From the NCBI GenBank assembly GCA_011109175.1, contig RDEW01000002.1, positions 2,086,997-2,150,996 of the forward strand: a DNA stretch of 64,000 bases, written 5' to 3'. Below the pieces are notes generated by a model. It saw only the letters and a program-made list of their open reading frames with translations, was not told where the DNA came from and searched no databases. This DNA is from Dicyema japonicum. Its lineage: Eukaryota; Animalia; Dicyemida. Below, one piece after another: positions 41,801 through 54,839 of the stretch. The number at the start of each line of letters is the position of its first letter. Position 1 is the first letter of the stretch. A program made the position numbers and the translations under genes.

Positions 41801-43640
41801 TATTCATATTCTTATGAGAATCTTTGGAGTGCATTTAAATAACTAACTATTTGAATAATTGTCTAGAATTAGTAAAAAATGAGAAAATTGGTTAATATAT
41901 ACAAACGGTTAACAAACACTCTCAGAATTGAGAACGAATTTTCTCCTATAATCTGTAAGGAAATAAGCAAGATATTTTCTTTTTATTGTTTTTTGATTCT
42001 TGCAATCCTAATAGATTCAGCAGGTAAGTGATCTGCTTCTATGAGTCTGATGTTTCCACGGCGACTAGTTCAAAAATGAAGTGCCCACCGATACATTCTA
42101 ATAAGAAAAACTAGAGACCTTAGTAGACTGAAGTATTTATTCATTTTGTTAATGTGTTCCCATTCAATTATCACAGGAAGTTGTAGTGATGAACAAGTGG
42201 ACGTAGATGGAAACTTGTAGTCTTTAAAATTTTTCATATTACAAAGAGTGGTTTCGTTGTCAATATGATACTAATTATGATACAAATTACAGTTTATCGA
42301 TAAATGAGCTTTGTGTGCAAAACATCATTATCCCTCATGGGGAGAGTTTCATAATTAGGCAGATCGATATTTATGTATTACTGTATTATTCACTTACAGT
42401 GAACTTCTTTCTCGGTGTATCCGGGGTTAATAAATAATAATAATCTCACATGGGATTTGATCAGAATAGCCTTGTTCAATGTTTCATTACATTTCAGCCA
42501 TCGTGGGATTGACTACTATTCTGAATATCTGATAAATAAATCCATTTTTGCACAAAAGATCGTCACAGAATTAAAACGTGAGTTACCGCTATTTCTTAAG
42601 TGGTGTTTGTCATACTTGATAAATTGGAATGAATGCAAAGATTTGTGTAAATAAATATTCATAGTCGCTGTTTGATGAAAGTATAATATCTGTAAACTCC
42701 CTAACTTTTCCCTCTACCATTTACGCCATGTCATATATATCATTAATCAATAGAGATTTGGATTATGCAATTCCCTCATATTCATAGAAATCGAATTTGC
42801 ATTAATTTAACATCACTGATAAATCAATTGAAATATTGAAATTAGTTGAAAGGTTGGGAAAACACGGAAGTGAAAAGTGCCACATACTGATACTAATAAA
42901 GTATTCAGCCACCTTCTGTTTGAATCGTGAAATTTTTCAAAAAATAAAATTTCAAATATAATAGAAAAAATAACAATAATTTTTTTATAACTTCGAACTC
43001 TGATACCAATAAGTAAAGGAAATCAAATAATGTAGAACAATCAATACTTTTTATAGGTCACCAAAATATATATATATTAGACATTTTGATAACAACATCA
43101 ACACTATTTGATGATCCAATAATATAGGCGATACAGTTTCAAAGGTAAATTTCATAATTCAAATGTGGCTGATAGAAAAAAGTGGGCAATAAGTTACGAA
43201 TATTAAAAAGCATAGAATAATCCATATTTATAGGTTATCAAAATATACATTAGACATATAACAGCTTTCAACACTATTTGAAGATCCAATAATCTAATAT
43301 TGAAGCAAATATGTGACAATAGAGCAAAATAAAAGAAAAAATAAATGACCACAACAAGGTGGTAACTACTGAATAATGTACTATTGTTTAAAAGGTTTGC
43401 CATATTGTAAAACTAATTTTTAAAAACAAATAAAATAAATTAATTAATAATTATATTTATAATTGAAGTGTTTTGCCTCTCACGATAGCATAGGAACGAA
43501 GAAACATCGGGAACAGTTATATATGAGATCATTTGATGGCCTTCCACAAAATTATTTAATATCATTGTGATTTTTTGCTATTTGGTGATACAAGCATTCA
43601 ATGATGACAGAATTCTTATTCCATTATTCATTAACGTTCC
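38492..43640 (+). repeat. Segmental duplication, copy B (contains the 39983-41736 insertion)
   Basis: Collinear with 1-3840. Confidence 0.92.
39983..41736 (-). mobile_element. CRE-like non-LTR element with N-terminal PHD finger, RT core absent, 9-bp TSD TTGGTTAAG
   Basis: TSD at 39974-39982 and 41737-41745; empty site at 1504-1512. PHD at 41458-41594; GLDGLRPGHLKDL joined to the post-RT region; KRPDG..WDVTCTDTFA-type RLE. Confidence 0.85.
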
Positions 43641-44259
43641 CTGGGAGTATTTCCGAAATTTTCTATTGAGAAACCCGATCGGGTATCATTCTTTAGGACA
43701 GAGCGTTTTTCTTCTGCTAAAGAGATTGTTTTCAGGAGTTTCTTTATGATACTCAAAAAACCACACTGATTTGATGGCTTTTTGGTCCGAAGATGACCGA
43801 GTGTGTTAAATCCGTAATTAACTGATTTAAATAAGACAAATGCGACTTATCCGATTTGAAACCAAGACGAATTTCAATGTACCTATACTGGTGGTGCATT
43901 GTAACGACTGCAGGGGAAAATCCTGACGTGTCATCAGTGATGACCCTAGTTTGAATCTAGCTTCTGTACATTCCGGTTAAAATCAATCAGTCTTAGACAC
44001 GACTAGTATCGTACGGTTATGTGCTGCGATGATTAAATCATCAACATAAGTAGCATGGAATTTTTTTCCCCTTCTGTTGGTAAGTCACGAAAAAATAGGT
44101 TGAAAATTGTCGGAGAGACTGGAGAAAAATTTTGACTTCATTGATTAAAAAATTAAATTTTGACCTTTTTTGACTTTATAACTTTTGATTAATGTAATAT
44201 TTTTGACTAAAAACTACGTTTTTTATAAGTTTTAAACAAATTTAAAGAACATATATAGG

Positions 44260-44860
44260 TACTCTGGCTACCTATGCCAAAGGAAGAGTTATCAAACGCT
44301 GAGGATCCCACTTGTTGCTGGGATCAGGAATGAGGACGACGGTTTAGCTTTCGAAATTGAGGTCAGTACTAAGGTACCTTTGGGCTCGGGGCACATAACA
44401 TGTCACGGGTCATTCCTAATGATTCGAATTCAATAGTGCTACTCTTCGGAGTCACTCTGGACTTCGTGGATGATGATGTAATGGAACACATCAGGAAGGA
44501 CTCCACAAGCGGAGGGAGGAGACTCCGGACCATGAAAGTCTGGCTTTGCTCTGGAGCACAGACAGAAAGGATCTGTCTCGAAAATGGGTTCGGTGTGTGG
44601 CCCTAGAGCGACCAACTGAAATCCAGTGATATAGCTGCCAAGGATTCGGCCACACCAGCTCCCGATGCACTTAAAAAGACAAGTGCTTAAATTGCGGGGG
44701 TCCAAATTTGCCAAAGGCCTGCCAATCAAAAGTCAGGTCTCTCAAGTGCATGAACTGTGGCGAGGAGGGCCCTGTATCAAAAGGCTACAGAGAAGGCACT
44801 ACAGGGGAGAAGGCAGGCGCCCTCCTCTGAATGGCTAGTGATGGTAAAAGGATATTGCAG
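44260..44860 (+). mobile_element. LINE ORF1 (gag-like) with three CCHC knuckles, degenerate
   Basis: Q*YSCQGFGHTSSRC; KCLNCGG; KCMNCGEEG. Confidence 0.75.
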
Positions 44861-45063
44861 CACTTCTGGCTCTACTATCCCTAACACGCTTAGGGATTTT
44901 GCGTTGTGCTACAGAAATAAAAATGCGCTAAGGTATTTTTCAAATTTATGTATAGGTTGAATTTTCTGATGGAAGAAGGTCGGTCTCAATGTCAAGACTT
45001 AAAAAATAATTGTTTTTTTTTATTTTAAATAAATTTTTTGTTAAATATAGCAATTGATATCTG

Positions 45064-45077
45064 GTTACTATGGAAAC
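45064..45077. promoter_or_regulatory. X-box-like motif GTTACTATGGAAAC with no adjacent gene
   Basis: Fits the consensus; lies in an AT-rich spacer between TE remnants. Confidence 0.3.
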
Positions 45078-46179
45078 ACGTTAAAAAACAAGCTGCCCTA
45101 GATATCTAACCACCCATGTGACACAATATCTTCTATTTGTTTTCTGAAGAAGGCAAATGATTATGGACTCACGTTCAAGTTAACCACTTCACATTTTTTG
45201 TGTTAACTTCACGTCCAATTCTGTGACAATATTCGGTAATCGTGGTTACTTTGAAAGAACATTTAAAGGACTTCCTCCATGGATGCAATAGTCGAGGTAC
45301 CATATATTGGAGGGTATTTTGCCTTCAGAAGAAAAACTGTCTAGAGGGGAGCAACTTATTGGGGGCTAAATTCAGTACAAAGTCTGAACAGCTGTAGTTA
45401 AATCTCCTTCCATCAATTTCCTTCTAACGCGTGAACGAAGCCTTTCAGGCCCACAGGAAGGTAGGCCAATGACTTTTTTGCTCTTCCTGGTACAAGAAGA
45501 TAGTGGAATCTGCGACAAGCGTCACAAACGACTCCAATCTTGCTACCCTTTCTCAGATTTATAAAGAATGATTCTTCGTTAGCACTCACTAAGAAATTAT
45601 CCCGCCAATTTAAATGAAATGTTTATTAATTTCCTGTGGACATATACATATTGCAGACATACTGAAAAGTTGTAGAACTCGATCGCCTTTATAGTCCCCC
45701 ATCTGAAAATACCCAATAACGTTTAAGGTTCAGGTAATTGTAATGCGAGGCACCATTACTCATTCGAAGTTAATAGATTTTTATGTCGAAGTTGGGGAGG
45801 CGCACGAGGATCCGAAAAATTTGAATTAAGAAAATATGACAGCAGATCCCACGTGCAGTCCGTTATCATTAAACGATTATAGTTTTTGGGCTCAAATAAT
45901 GTCAAAATTTCCAGTGACCAGGGATCGGCGAGAAATGGTGTCCATCAGCCTTTGCGATTCTCTTGCTAGCATTTCCGCTTCTCCCCCATTTTCTGGACCA
46001 TCCAGCTTTTTATCAGTGTTGTGCCCCTCCTTCCCGACTCGTAACCAATAAAAGGATTCCTCACCACCTCCAGTTTTTATTGATCCCCATTGTCAGTTCA
46101 TCGAAGCCGTGCTTATATTCGATATTCATGCTCTCTAGGGTTTTTTAGCACAATCGTTTAGATGTACGTTCGAATGCTA

Positions 46180-48420
46180 CCCGTAATTCCAATGATGTTC
46201 ATGTATGATTCGAAAAACCTGGATACAATCCCACCCCAGGTCATAAAAATGGGGAGTATTTTCACTTTGTATATGATCTCTAATTCGCTCGCAAGAAAAT
46301 CATATTTCTAAAGTTTTTCAACTTCACAGCCTTAAGATTGTCCATTGATGTTAGTCCAACTTGAACCACCATATTTGGTTCATTTTCTTACGTACAAGAA
46401 AATGTCAGGCTTGCTTATATGGACTTTGGACTTCTTGGAATGTCGTATCAACTCGGATCTCGCATACTGGTTTGTAATTATGCTTTGAATAGAATGCGAC
46501 TTCAATTTTTTTGGATTTTTTAAATCCGAAAATCCTGGATAGGTGCATGTGAGTGCATTTGACTATTTCATTGTGTCGTCTTGTATAGTCTGAGTTTAAC
46601 ATTCTGTTACATCGTATGATCGACAGTTTTTTGAGGAATTACAATGTGGCATTTTAGACCAAGATCCCGGAAAAAGATATTTATCTTGCAAAAGAAAGAA
46701 CATTGCTTCAGCCTTTGGAGAAATACTTCCCTTCGTAATCCATGTAGACGCTGATTATATGTCAAATGTATAACTCTCACGTGATTCAAATAATTTGAAT
46801 GGAAACCTTTTTTTGATGTTAAACAGGAGAGAATTAATTTGGGAACTTTTAGAGCCTGCACAATGCCTATAGTTGGCCCATTTGGTATTTTACTCGCAGA
46901 AATACTGTGATTGTGGCCATAGGTGACTTTCTTTTTCGTTTAGGCCTTAAAATTCTAGCTTTTCACAGAGACAACTTTTTGTTGTTCAATCCTTGTTTTA
47001 AACTCATGTAGCATTTTCTCAGCTTAAAAGTAACTGATATCAGTTTTGTTCCAAGCATACTCCTCGGTAAGTAAAATCTTTCTTTGCAAGCTGGTTTCAT
47101 GTGAATCCCCAACTTCATAAGTAATTTTCTGATTAATCTATCCATTTCCTACGATTTCACCTGGTTCCATCTCGGGAGGACCAATATAATAATCAAGAAG
47201 GGATAGAGCATGTTCATTAATACCTTTAAACAAATTGACCAAATTGAATTTCGATTTTGACAGTTTTTCGATGCGATCTTGTGCCTCCTCTTTGATATTT
47301 TTAAGTACAACTTCTTTGACTAATTTGCTGAAATTGTCTTCTAACACCCCCAAATAGCGATAACTATCCGCTCCATCCATTAATTTATCATCATTCGTCA
47401 ATAAATAACTATTTGTTGCTGGTTTATCGAAATTTTTTCTAAACCGACCAAATTAAAAAAAGCATTCACATCCATCATGTGCCAGTGTCTTCCTCTTTTG
47501 CCAACAACTTCAAATCATCGATGAATAAGAAATAATTCGTAAAAAAGTAAAAGAATTAAATTCAGCAGTAGTGATAGACATGCTCGGGTATTTTGCAGAC
47601 AACATTCTGCTTAGTGGGTCAAAGACAAATACAAATAATAGAGGCGATAGAGAGTCACTCTGGAGAATACCACGTTCAATATTAATCGTTCCCAATATCT
47701 TTTTCCCCACCCTTAATGACACACGAGTTTGGAATTAATGATACAAACTTGTTATCCACTATGGCAGTCCCGAGTTTTCCAGGATTTTAACAAGGCACTC
47801 ATGACTGACTGCGTCAAAAGCTTCTAACATCAATCCATGCACAGAACAGTTTGTTTTGTGGGCTTTGTTTACACGTCTGTTTAAAAGTGCCGAATCCTTT
47901 GCTCCTTGGCAATGCGCTTGGTCCCAAGCTGGTACTCGTAATTAAATCGTAAGGTGTCAGCATATAAAGAAATTTTTTGACACATTTCGTAACCAGCTTG
48001 TACAAACATGGCATACATGAGGTCCTTAGGTTCTCAGAGTTCTTTTTCTCTGGGATTAGATATGTAATCCCCGTATAAAACCATCTTTTGGTGATTTTTC
48101 CCATTAATGATATCTCTGATCTTATATACACCATCGATTCCGAGCGCCTTCCAGTTAGGAAGGCAGTCAATTGACTTTGATATAAAAATTATCGCTTATA
48201 TCAGATTCTCGATGTTCAACTCCTGTTATTTTCTTGTTTATTCCAAAACTTAATTCATTTTTAACTCCCTTTCTCCAAACATCTGCCCAAAATTTGAGGC
48301 ATTTCAGATGCTTCAAAGCCATCAATACACTCACTGTCAGCATTTGACTAGTTTTCTATAGAATGATCTCCTGTTCAAGTCAAAGTTTAGATTATCAGTT
48401 CCATGTTGTCGTCTGAAATC
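46180..48420 (-). mobile_element. R4/Dong-like RLE non-LTR retrotransposon, degenerate
   Basis: GILQSDSLSPLLFV; YRYLGVLED; GIHMKPACKERFYLPR; DYTRRHNEIVKC. Confidence 0.8.
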
Positions 48421-48849
48421 ATATTGAGTCTGAAATCGACAATTTTTTGTTTAAAATTCTAATCATATTATTTATTGCGGTTGATATCCTTTCAAATTCA
48501 CCCTTTTTTGCACTTGTTGTAAAAACACAGAATGTCGACTGCTTTCTCCCTTTCCGTCTTTAATAGTAGACATAAAAAAATGTTGATATTAGTAGATTAT
48601 TTTCATCCAAGAACACAAAGTGAGGTGGTCTGTTGAGGACCGTTACTGGAATTGACTGAGCCATTAAAATGGCCATGAACAGGCAAATCCACACTTTCTC
48701 GAACTCCATTTATTAAGTATTCTGTGGACGCGTCAATGGGAATGGCATTTTCAGACTGAGACAGACCAACAATCCTTTCACCACTAGACAATATAATAAT
48801 GTTCTATCAACATTTTAAAATTTATGATAATTTTAATGACGAAATTACA

Positions 48850-49470
48850 AATTAAAATTATATTTTCAAAAGAAAGGTCTTCATTATGGCCTGCAGGCAT
48901 TTATCACACAATAACAGATACCTTTGTTCGTTCTCTCTTCCTCAACCCTGCAAGCCGTTTGATCAGACCGAAAAATTTTGTTGTGTTTGGGCCAAGCACA
49001 TCAGACGTCTCAAAAGAGATCAACAGGAAGGTGAACCGATCCTCAATGCCACGGTACTTTCTTTTCAAATCTTCAACAATACTCGCAGTGGAATTCATGC
49101 ACAGCGATGAATTTATCAGATTCGTGTTTGAGTAAGTATCCATGCACGTTGAATCCCGATCAAGACACCTCCCTTATCTCACGCCATTTTCGTTTCTGCA
49201 TTCGGCCTCTTGCCGACGGGTTACAGAAGGAAAATAAACTGGCGTCTTCGATAGCTCTCATGACAGTCGAGCTTAACATGGCATGGGGGAATCTCCCGGC
49301 GCCTGTCTGCACAAAAGCTTATGTAGTTCTTTCCTGCCAATCATTCTACCGAATCGGCATCGGTGTTCCAAGCAGACATCATCTCCAATACTAATAGTAT
49401 CCCATCCAATAGACTGGGAAAGAATTCTCCGCGGACGCCGGATTTAGACATGTGTGGGGATAAGTGTCTG
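48850..49470 (-). mobile_element. CRE-like 3' (RLE) fragment
   Basis: KRKYRGIEDRFTF..FETSDVLGP. Confidence 0.75.
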
Positions 49471-49539
49471 CGGACCTTTCAGATTGTAAAATATGTTTCC
49501 ACTTTAACCGAATCAAACGTTCTTTATGAAAATAACCTC

Positions 49540-50030
49540 TAACGGAATCTTTATGAATCCTTCGAGAGCTGGTCATTTATTTACTAGACTCATAGCAGAA
49601 ACTTTAAATTACGAGGGTATGCTGAACGTCTGATTTTTTGTGTTCTTATAGAGAATATCTTGATGTTGTAAAACGTTTAAAGAGTTCCATATGTAGAATT
49701 CATCTAAAGTGCCATTATTGGAATGTTCGGGGGATTATCAGGAAGCCAAAACTGGAGTCTTAATGAGATAAGAATTATAGTATTAATATCCTCAGCGGAT
49801 ATAAATTATAATATATTACCAGGCAACATTAACCATACCAAAACTATTAAATTAAATTTATTTTACCAGAACACGCCTAGTGAAGCAGATTATGAAACGT
49901 GCGGCACAAACGGGACCTTAGTTAATATAACGTTCTTTGGTTCTGTGAAAGTGCTTTTAATAATAATAATTACCAGAACATCGTTATAGCCAGAATGAAG
50001 CAAAATCAGGTAATCCTAGCCACCCTCAAC
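49540..50030 (-). pseudogene. Possible decayed membrane-protein gene with 20-29 nt introns
   Basis: Four AT-rich GT..AG segments (e.g. gtaaaataaatttaatttaatag); hydrophobic frame FCFILAITMFC...LGVFCFGMVNVAWDIN with in-frame stops. Confidence 0.3.
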
Positions 50031-50513
50031 AGTCCTTGCATGCTCGGGCTTGAAGGAAGTGCCGTCCAAGGGGAACTCCTCTGTATGCATTTTTCAATAA
50101 CGAACTTCCTTACCAACTGTTATTTAGTCAATTCGCTAAGTTAAAAAGCAACATGATTGGGGTGGCGACATACTTTAATCTCCGCAAGATGGGCTTAGTA
50201 AGTGTAAGATACACTATAATCTGAGTTCGAATCTCGTCTGATACATGGAGGAAGATGGAGAGTCTGTTTGGGGACAACAATGGAATTAATTATATTTACT
50301 CTCGCATGTTCTTGAATTATATTTAATCAGAAGACCATAACTTAATATTATTTTAGCTAACTACCCAAATCGCTGGCAATCACACCACAACTCACCCTTT
50401 TTCCCTCTTTATTAAAAAGTAATATTCTCGAATATTATTAATAATAATAAAAGAATAATATTAGAAATTATTCGCCTTATAATAAAAGCGTCACATTCAT
50501 AAAATATTAATTT

Positions 50514-50909
50514 TCATTTTTTTGAATTTTTAAGAGACTTGAAGTGAATTTTTTCATGTCTCTTTTTTTCATCACTCCTTGCAAATTTTTTCTTACAAAT
50601 AGAGCACGTGTACGGTTTTTCTCCCGTGTGGGTTCTTTTGTGAGTTTTTACGTGGTCTTTTCTGGCAAATTTTCTGCAACATATATCACACATAAATTTC
50701 TTATTTTCATTGCTCTTCATTGCAGTCTTAAAGGGTACACCTTCATAATACGAGACATCTGGATAATTGTAGTAATATTGGAAGTTGTCGGCAAAATATA
50801 TGTTCGGATTCCCTTCGTAGTACATATGGCTCTCATTCATATAATATCCATCATCAAAGTAATCACATGGGACATTGTTGTAGTATTCGTAATCGTAAAA
50901 ATGGTTCAT
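50514..50909 (-). CDS. EGR: EGR/Krox-type C2H2 zinc-finger transcription factor with two fingers; possible extra 5' exon 50942-50973 via a 31-nt intron 50911-50941
   Basis: [51 protein letters not shown] matches EGR fingers 2-3 ([51 protein letters not shown]). Tyr/acidic N-terminus. Intact ORF. Confidence 0.82.
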   Translation of the reverse strand: MNHFYDYEYYNNVPCDYFDDGYYMNESHMYYEGNPNIYFADNFQYYYNYPDVSYYEGVPFKTAMKSNENKKFMCDICCRKFARKDHVKTHKRTHTGEKPYTCSICKKKFARSDEKKRHEKIHFKSLKNSKK

Positions 50910-51299
50910 ACTGTTATTCCGCTATCAATTTCTTTAAATACTCGCTCGATAATTTTGCGGTTTGTGTGGCCATTTGGTTAGATTATGAAATTATTATAAT
51001 CAATACTAGTAATAAATATTATTGGGCTAACAGTTACTGGTGTGACCATTATTTCGATCTCCAATGTGGGAAAACTAACAACCCCCATTTGTACCCCTCG
51101 AAGCAAGCTTTCATAGTCCTTTTAGACCTCTGGTAGAGTGGCTCTTGGTCGTCCAAGGTGATTTCAAAAATAAAATAATTATTTTATGCTTTGTTTAATT
51201 TTAACATTAAATATGTGGAATTTTCCAAAGTAATTTAATTTAAGCCACAAAAATACATACTTAATCTCTCAAAATTAAGTAAATCTACAGCAAGATACG

Positions 51300-52050
51300 T
51301 CGGGTATCCACGACTGCAAACTCCACTTTTGATGATCGCATTTATTCCTCATTCCGTGAAGGGGATAACACTATAATTTAACTTCACTCTGGATAACATG
51401 CTCATTCTCAATAATCTCGATGCCCTTATCAAGACTGATGGACAGACGTTTCTTACTTTTTCTTGCAGAATATCTCTAATGCCCGATTTGTCTCTGCGAA
51501 TTAGTTGATTGTTTCCCTCCTTGCCAGTAGTGTATGTTGTGTGACATTGGTTAATAGCCTTACAAATCAGGTTATCTGGATAGATCATATATTTATTTAT
51601 AACCTTCCCCAACTCGATGACTTTGGTTGATAGATCATGTTCTGAGAACAGGTAAGCTAATACCCAACATTTTTCAGGAGTAATCAACAGTTCTTATAGA
51701 AAACATAAAAAAGAAATCAATTACGTTAACAACCTCCGTTTCCACATATCCCTCCAAACAAATGATCTTGGACTATCAGAACCTACTGGAACTCATTTCA
51801 GAGCTGACATTCTCAAAAACTCATTATTAGGATTCCCAAGACTGTCACATATCGACCGGAGACTGTTATGAAAGTGTATTCATATGTCAGTCTCTTTAGC
51901 GAAGATCTCAAGTAAGTTATTATAAAGTAAACACTGCTAATTATGTGATGGGGGAAGTAATATAAACGGTAGGGAGTTTTTAACCGACTTCTACCAAGAC
52001 AGTCTCGCCGAGAAATCAACAAATACAAGGTCATCTTTGAAGATAATTTC
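51300..52050 (-). mobile_element. Penelope-like element RT C-terminal remnant
   Basis: ELGKVINKYMIYPDNLICKAI resembles the PLE 'NGYP..FI' region; heavily degenerate. Confidence 0.45.
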
Positions 52051-52099
52051 CAGATACTTTAGTGCGGTTTTGAAACTTCGAATAAGATTTTCGATAATT

Positions 52100-53170
52100 C
52101 CGCCAGCCTTGCACATTTTTTCTTCCAACCATTGGCATACGAGGATTTGTTTCGTAAGCAAGCTTTAGAGCAAAATTGCGTATTTTTTCAAATTTTTTGA
52201 GAATTAAGTCTCTCCTTTTTGAGTCATATCATCCTCCTAAACCGTATAACATTGCAGGAAGTATTGTGGAGTTGAAGACAAACAAAGGTTTCAGGCTGGA
52301 GCTTTAATTTTCTAACAAAGAACAAAGTGTTCATAGCTTTTTTTTCGTTACCCTCTTCAATTAGGAGGCCAAGGTATTTCATAATCTCTTCCAAGAATGT
52401 CTTATAGCGTGTTCTTTGGGTTAGCCAACATCCACTTCCAGTTATCCTTACCAGACCATAATTCTCACGTGCGACTGAAAGAATGGTTTCATTACAACAC
52501 TCTTCTATCTAGTCCATGTACATTTACAACCGTTTCTCACAAACCAAAGGGTTTAAGAGACATCATAGATTATGACGTCATCGGCGTATATCAATATTTC
52601 TGTACGTGGGTTTTCTTGGAAAGGCAATTCACTCAACACAATGTTGAATGATAGAGGACTGAGCACTGAACCCTGAGGTACACCTCTTCTCACTAGACTC
52701 GTCGTTTAAAAAATTAACGATTGACGTCTGTCCGAGAAAAACTTTATAAATGCAGACCGCGGTCAAAAATACTTTAGTTTCCTAAGCCTCCCAATTGACG
52801 CGCTAACACTGTACAATCTCCACAAGAGCGATTGTTTCCCGACTGAAGCTCTTGTGATATATCATTACGTTCTATGTGTTAGAGTCTGTTAAATACTATT
52901 CTTTCCATAATTATTGAGATTGTTGGTATTAGGCTTATGGGTAACTGGTCTGTCCCCATGCACACTATATACCACGGGAAAAGGAAAGGTAAAAAATCGA
53001 TTACATCTATTGCGAAAGAACATGTCCAAATTTTCCTTTGGAACCACAATGAGACTCCCAAGAGGCACAAAATGTGAGAAATCAGAACACTGCAAACAAA
53101 AAATGTTTGATAACATAATTTTATTGACAGACAATTTCGAGAGTTGTGTAGCTGCTGCACTGACTGCATG
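52100..53170 (-). mobile_element. CR1/L2-like LINE RT fragment
   Basis: PISLIPTISIIMERIV; GVPQGSVLSP; ADDVII; KYLGL. Confidence 0.8.
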
Positions 53171-54400
53171 ACTATTTCCTCTACGGACTGTGGTGGAAAT
53201 AGGGTACAACTTGTGGTTCTCAGAAATCACCAGACCGAACCAGATTAGACTACTGACTCGTTCGAAAAAGGCGTGGAACGAATTTCTGAGGAATCCTGAC
53301 GTTTCCACAGGAGAGGAAAAACGTTATGTCATGGGGATGGTCATTATATCTTAGCCGTTTTAACTTTTCGGCTTTCCCTCAGCAAAAAAAGCTTCGATCA
53401 CATCCCATGTAAAAGTTTTTTGTTGAAAACGTGTCCGTGCAGATTAATGGCTTTCCATTTTCATACGAAAGATGGTCATTCCATCAGGCGGTTTTCGTCT
53501 CTTCGGAACAAGCCAATCGGCTAAAAAGTAGATGGGAAACCAACAGCATTATTTAACCGTCTAACAACATTGTTGTGTCTGGACGGCTTTCCACAGCTTT
53601 TTCTGCAAACGAACAGATGCAGTAGTCCGAAGTCATAGACCTGTTCACCGCATTTACACCAGCTTGGCACACAGATCTTCAGTCCAAGGCGAATGGAGGG
53701 ACTAATTCGGATTGAATCGTTTTTTAGAAAAGTTCTCCATGATCCTCGTTCGAAAGATGCTCTTGACAACGGGCATGCATGACGGTGTTGGTTTTAGGAT
53801 TTCATGAGGTTATCGAAAGTCCTATTATCCAGACTCCGTTGCGAATCCTGGAAAGGAAGAAGTGATGAATAGTCTAAATCTCCTTTAGATGGTCGACGTC
53901 CGAGTAATTTTAAAATACGGGAAAGGAGTTTAGAATACTCCTGGTCAACGACGTGAGATGAAAAGTGAGCCAGAGCAGAACATCAACAGAAGAATGGAGG
54001 ACAGGATCTAGAGTACCTTCAAGAACTGTGTTATCCAGATACACAATTTGAGAGGGGATTGACCAAGTTTTGTTATTTTTCCGGTAGCAAGAGAAAATAT
54101 GGGAGGTCAAAGGGGGTCTCCCTGCTGGACTCGCTATTTAGAAGCTGAGTGCAATCCAACTCCCACTTAAGAAAACTGTCTGGTGGCAAAATTCATGAAG
54201 CGCAAAGATTCTTAAAAATCAAATCCATATACTGGAGTCATCTGAAGTCCCACATAACATTCATTAGGCAAATATAAGTTTTCCAAACGACCAACAAAAG
54301 AAGCTCAAGAGAGGCTCACCACCTAACCTCAAAGCTAGCGGACAAAGCAATCATTCACGAGTCGTCAACAACTTGCAGTCAGTCCGCGCTGTATGGAGCT
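53170..54400 (-). mobile_element. CRE-like fragment
   Basis: VQQGDP; IRLGLKIC...CKCG; RPDG. Confidence 0.7.
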
Positions 54401-54839
54401 CTGTGAACATGTATACAAAACAATGGAAATATTCCTTATGTGATTCTTATTTTGAATTTAAAAGCGTCCCAAACACCACACCCCCGATATAATTCTGGAA
54501 GACTGTTTTTGCGTAGTGTCCTTTAATACACTAAGTATATATATACGGAAAAACGTTAAGTCTGACCCACAACCAATACTTTATTCCTCTCCACTGTTCT
54601 CACGTAGTCGTGGCTATTGGCATAACCAGATGTTCAACTCAGTTAACACCAATGTAACTACCAAGGAAACAGGGAGTTAACACGAATGTAAATACCAAAA
54701 ATGGGCACCTTCAGAGATCCGTCAGGTATATCAGCTGAAATCAAAGGGGACAAATGGGAAGAACAAAACATAAAAGTCTCTCTAAAAATAATAATTGATT
54801 AAAAATAGATTATAAATATTAATTATAATTTAAATATTA

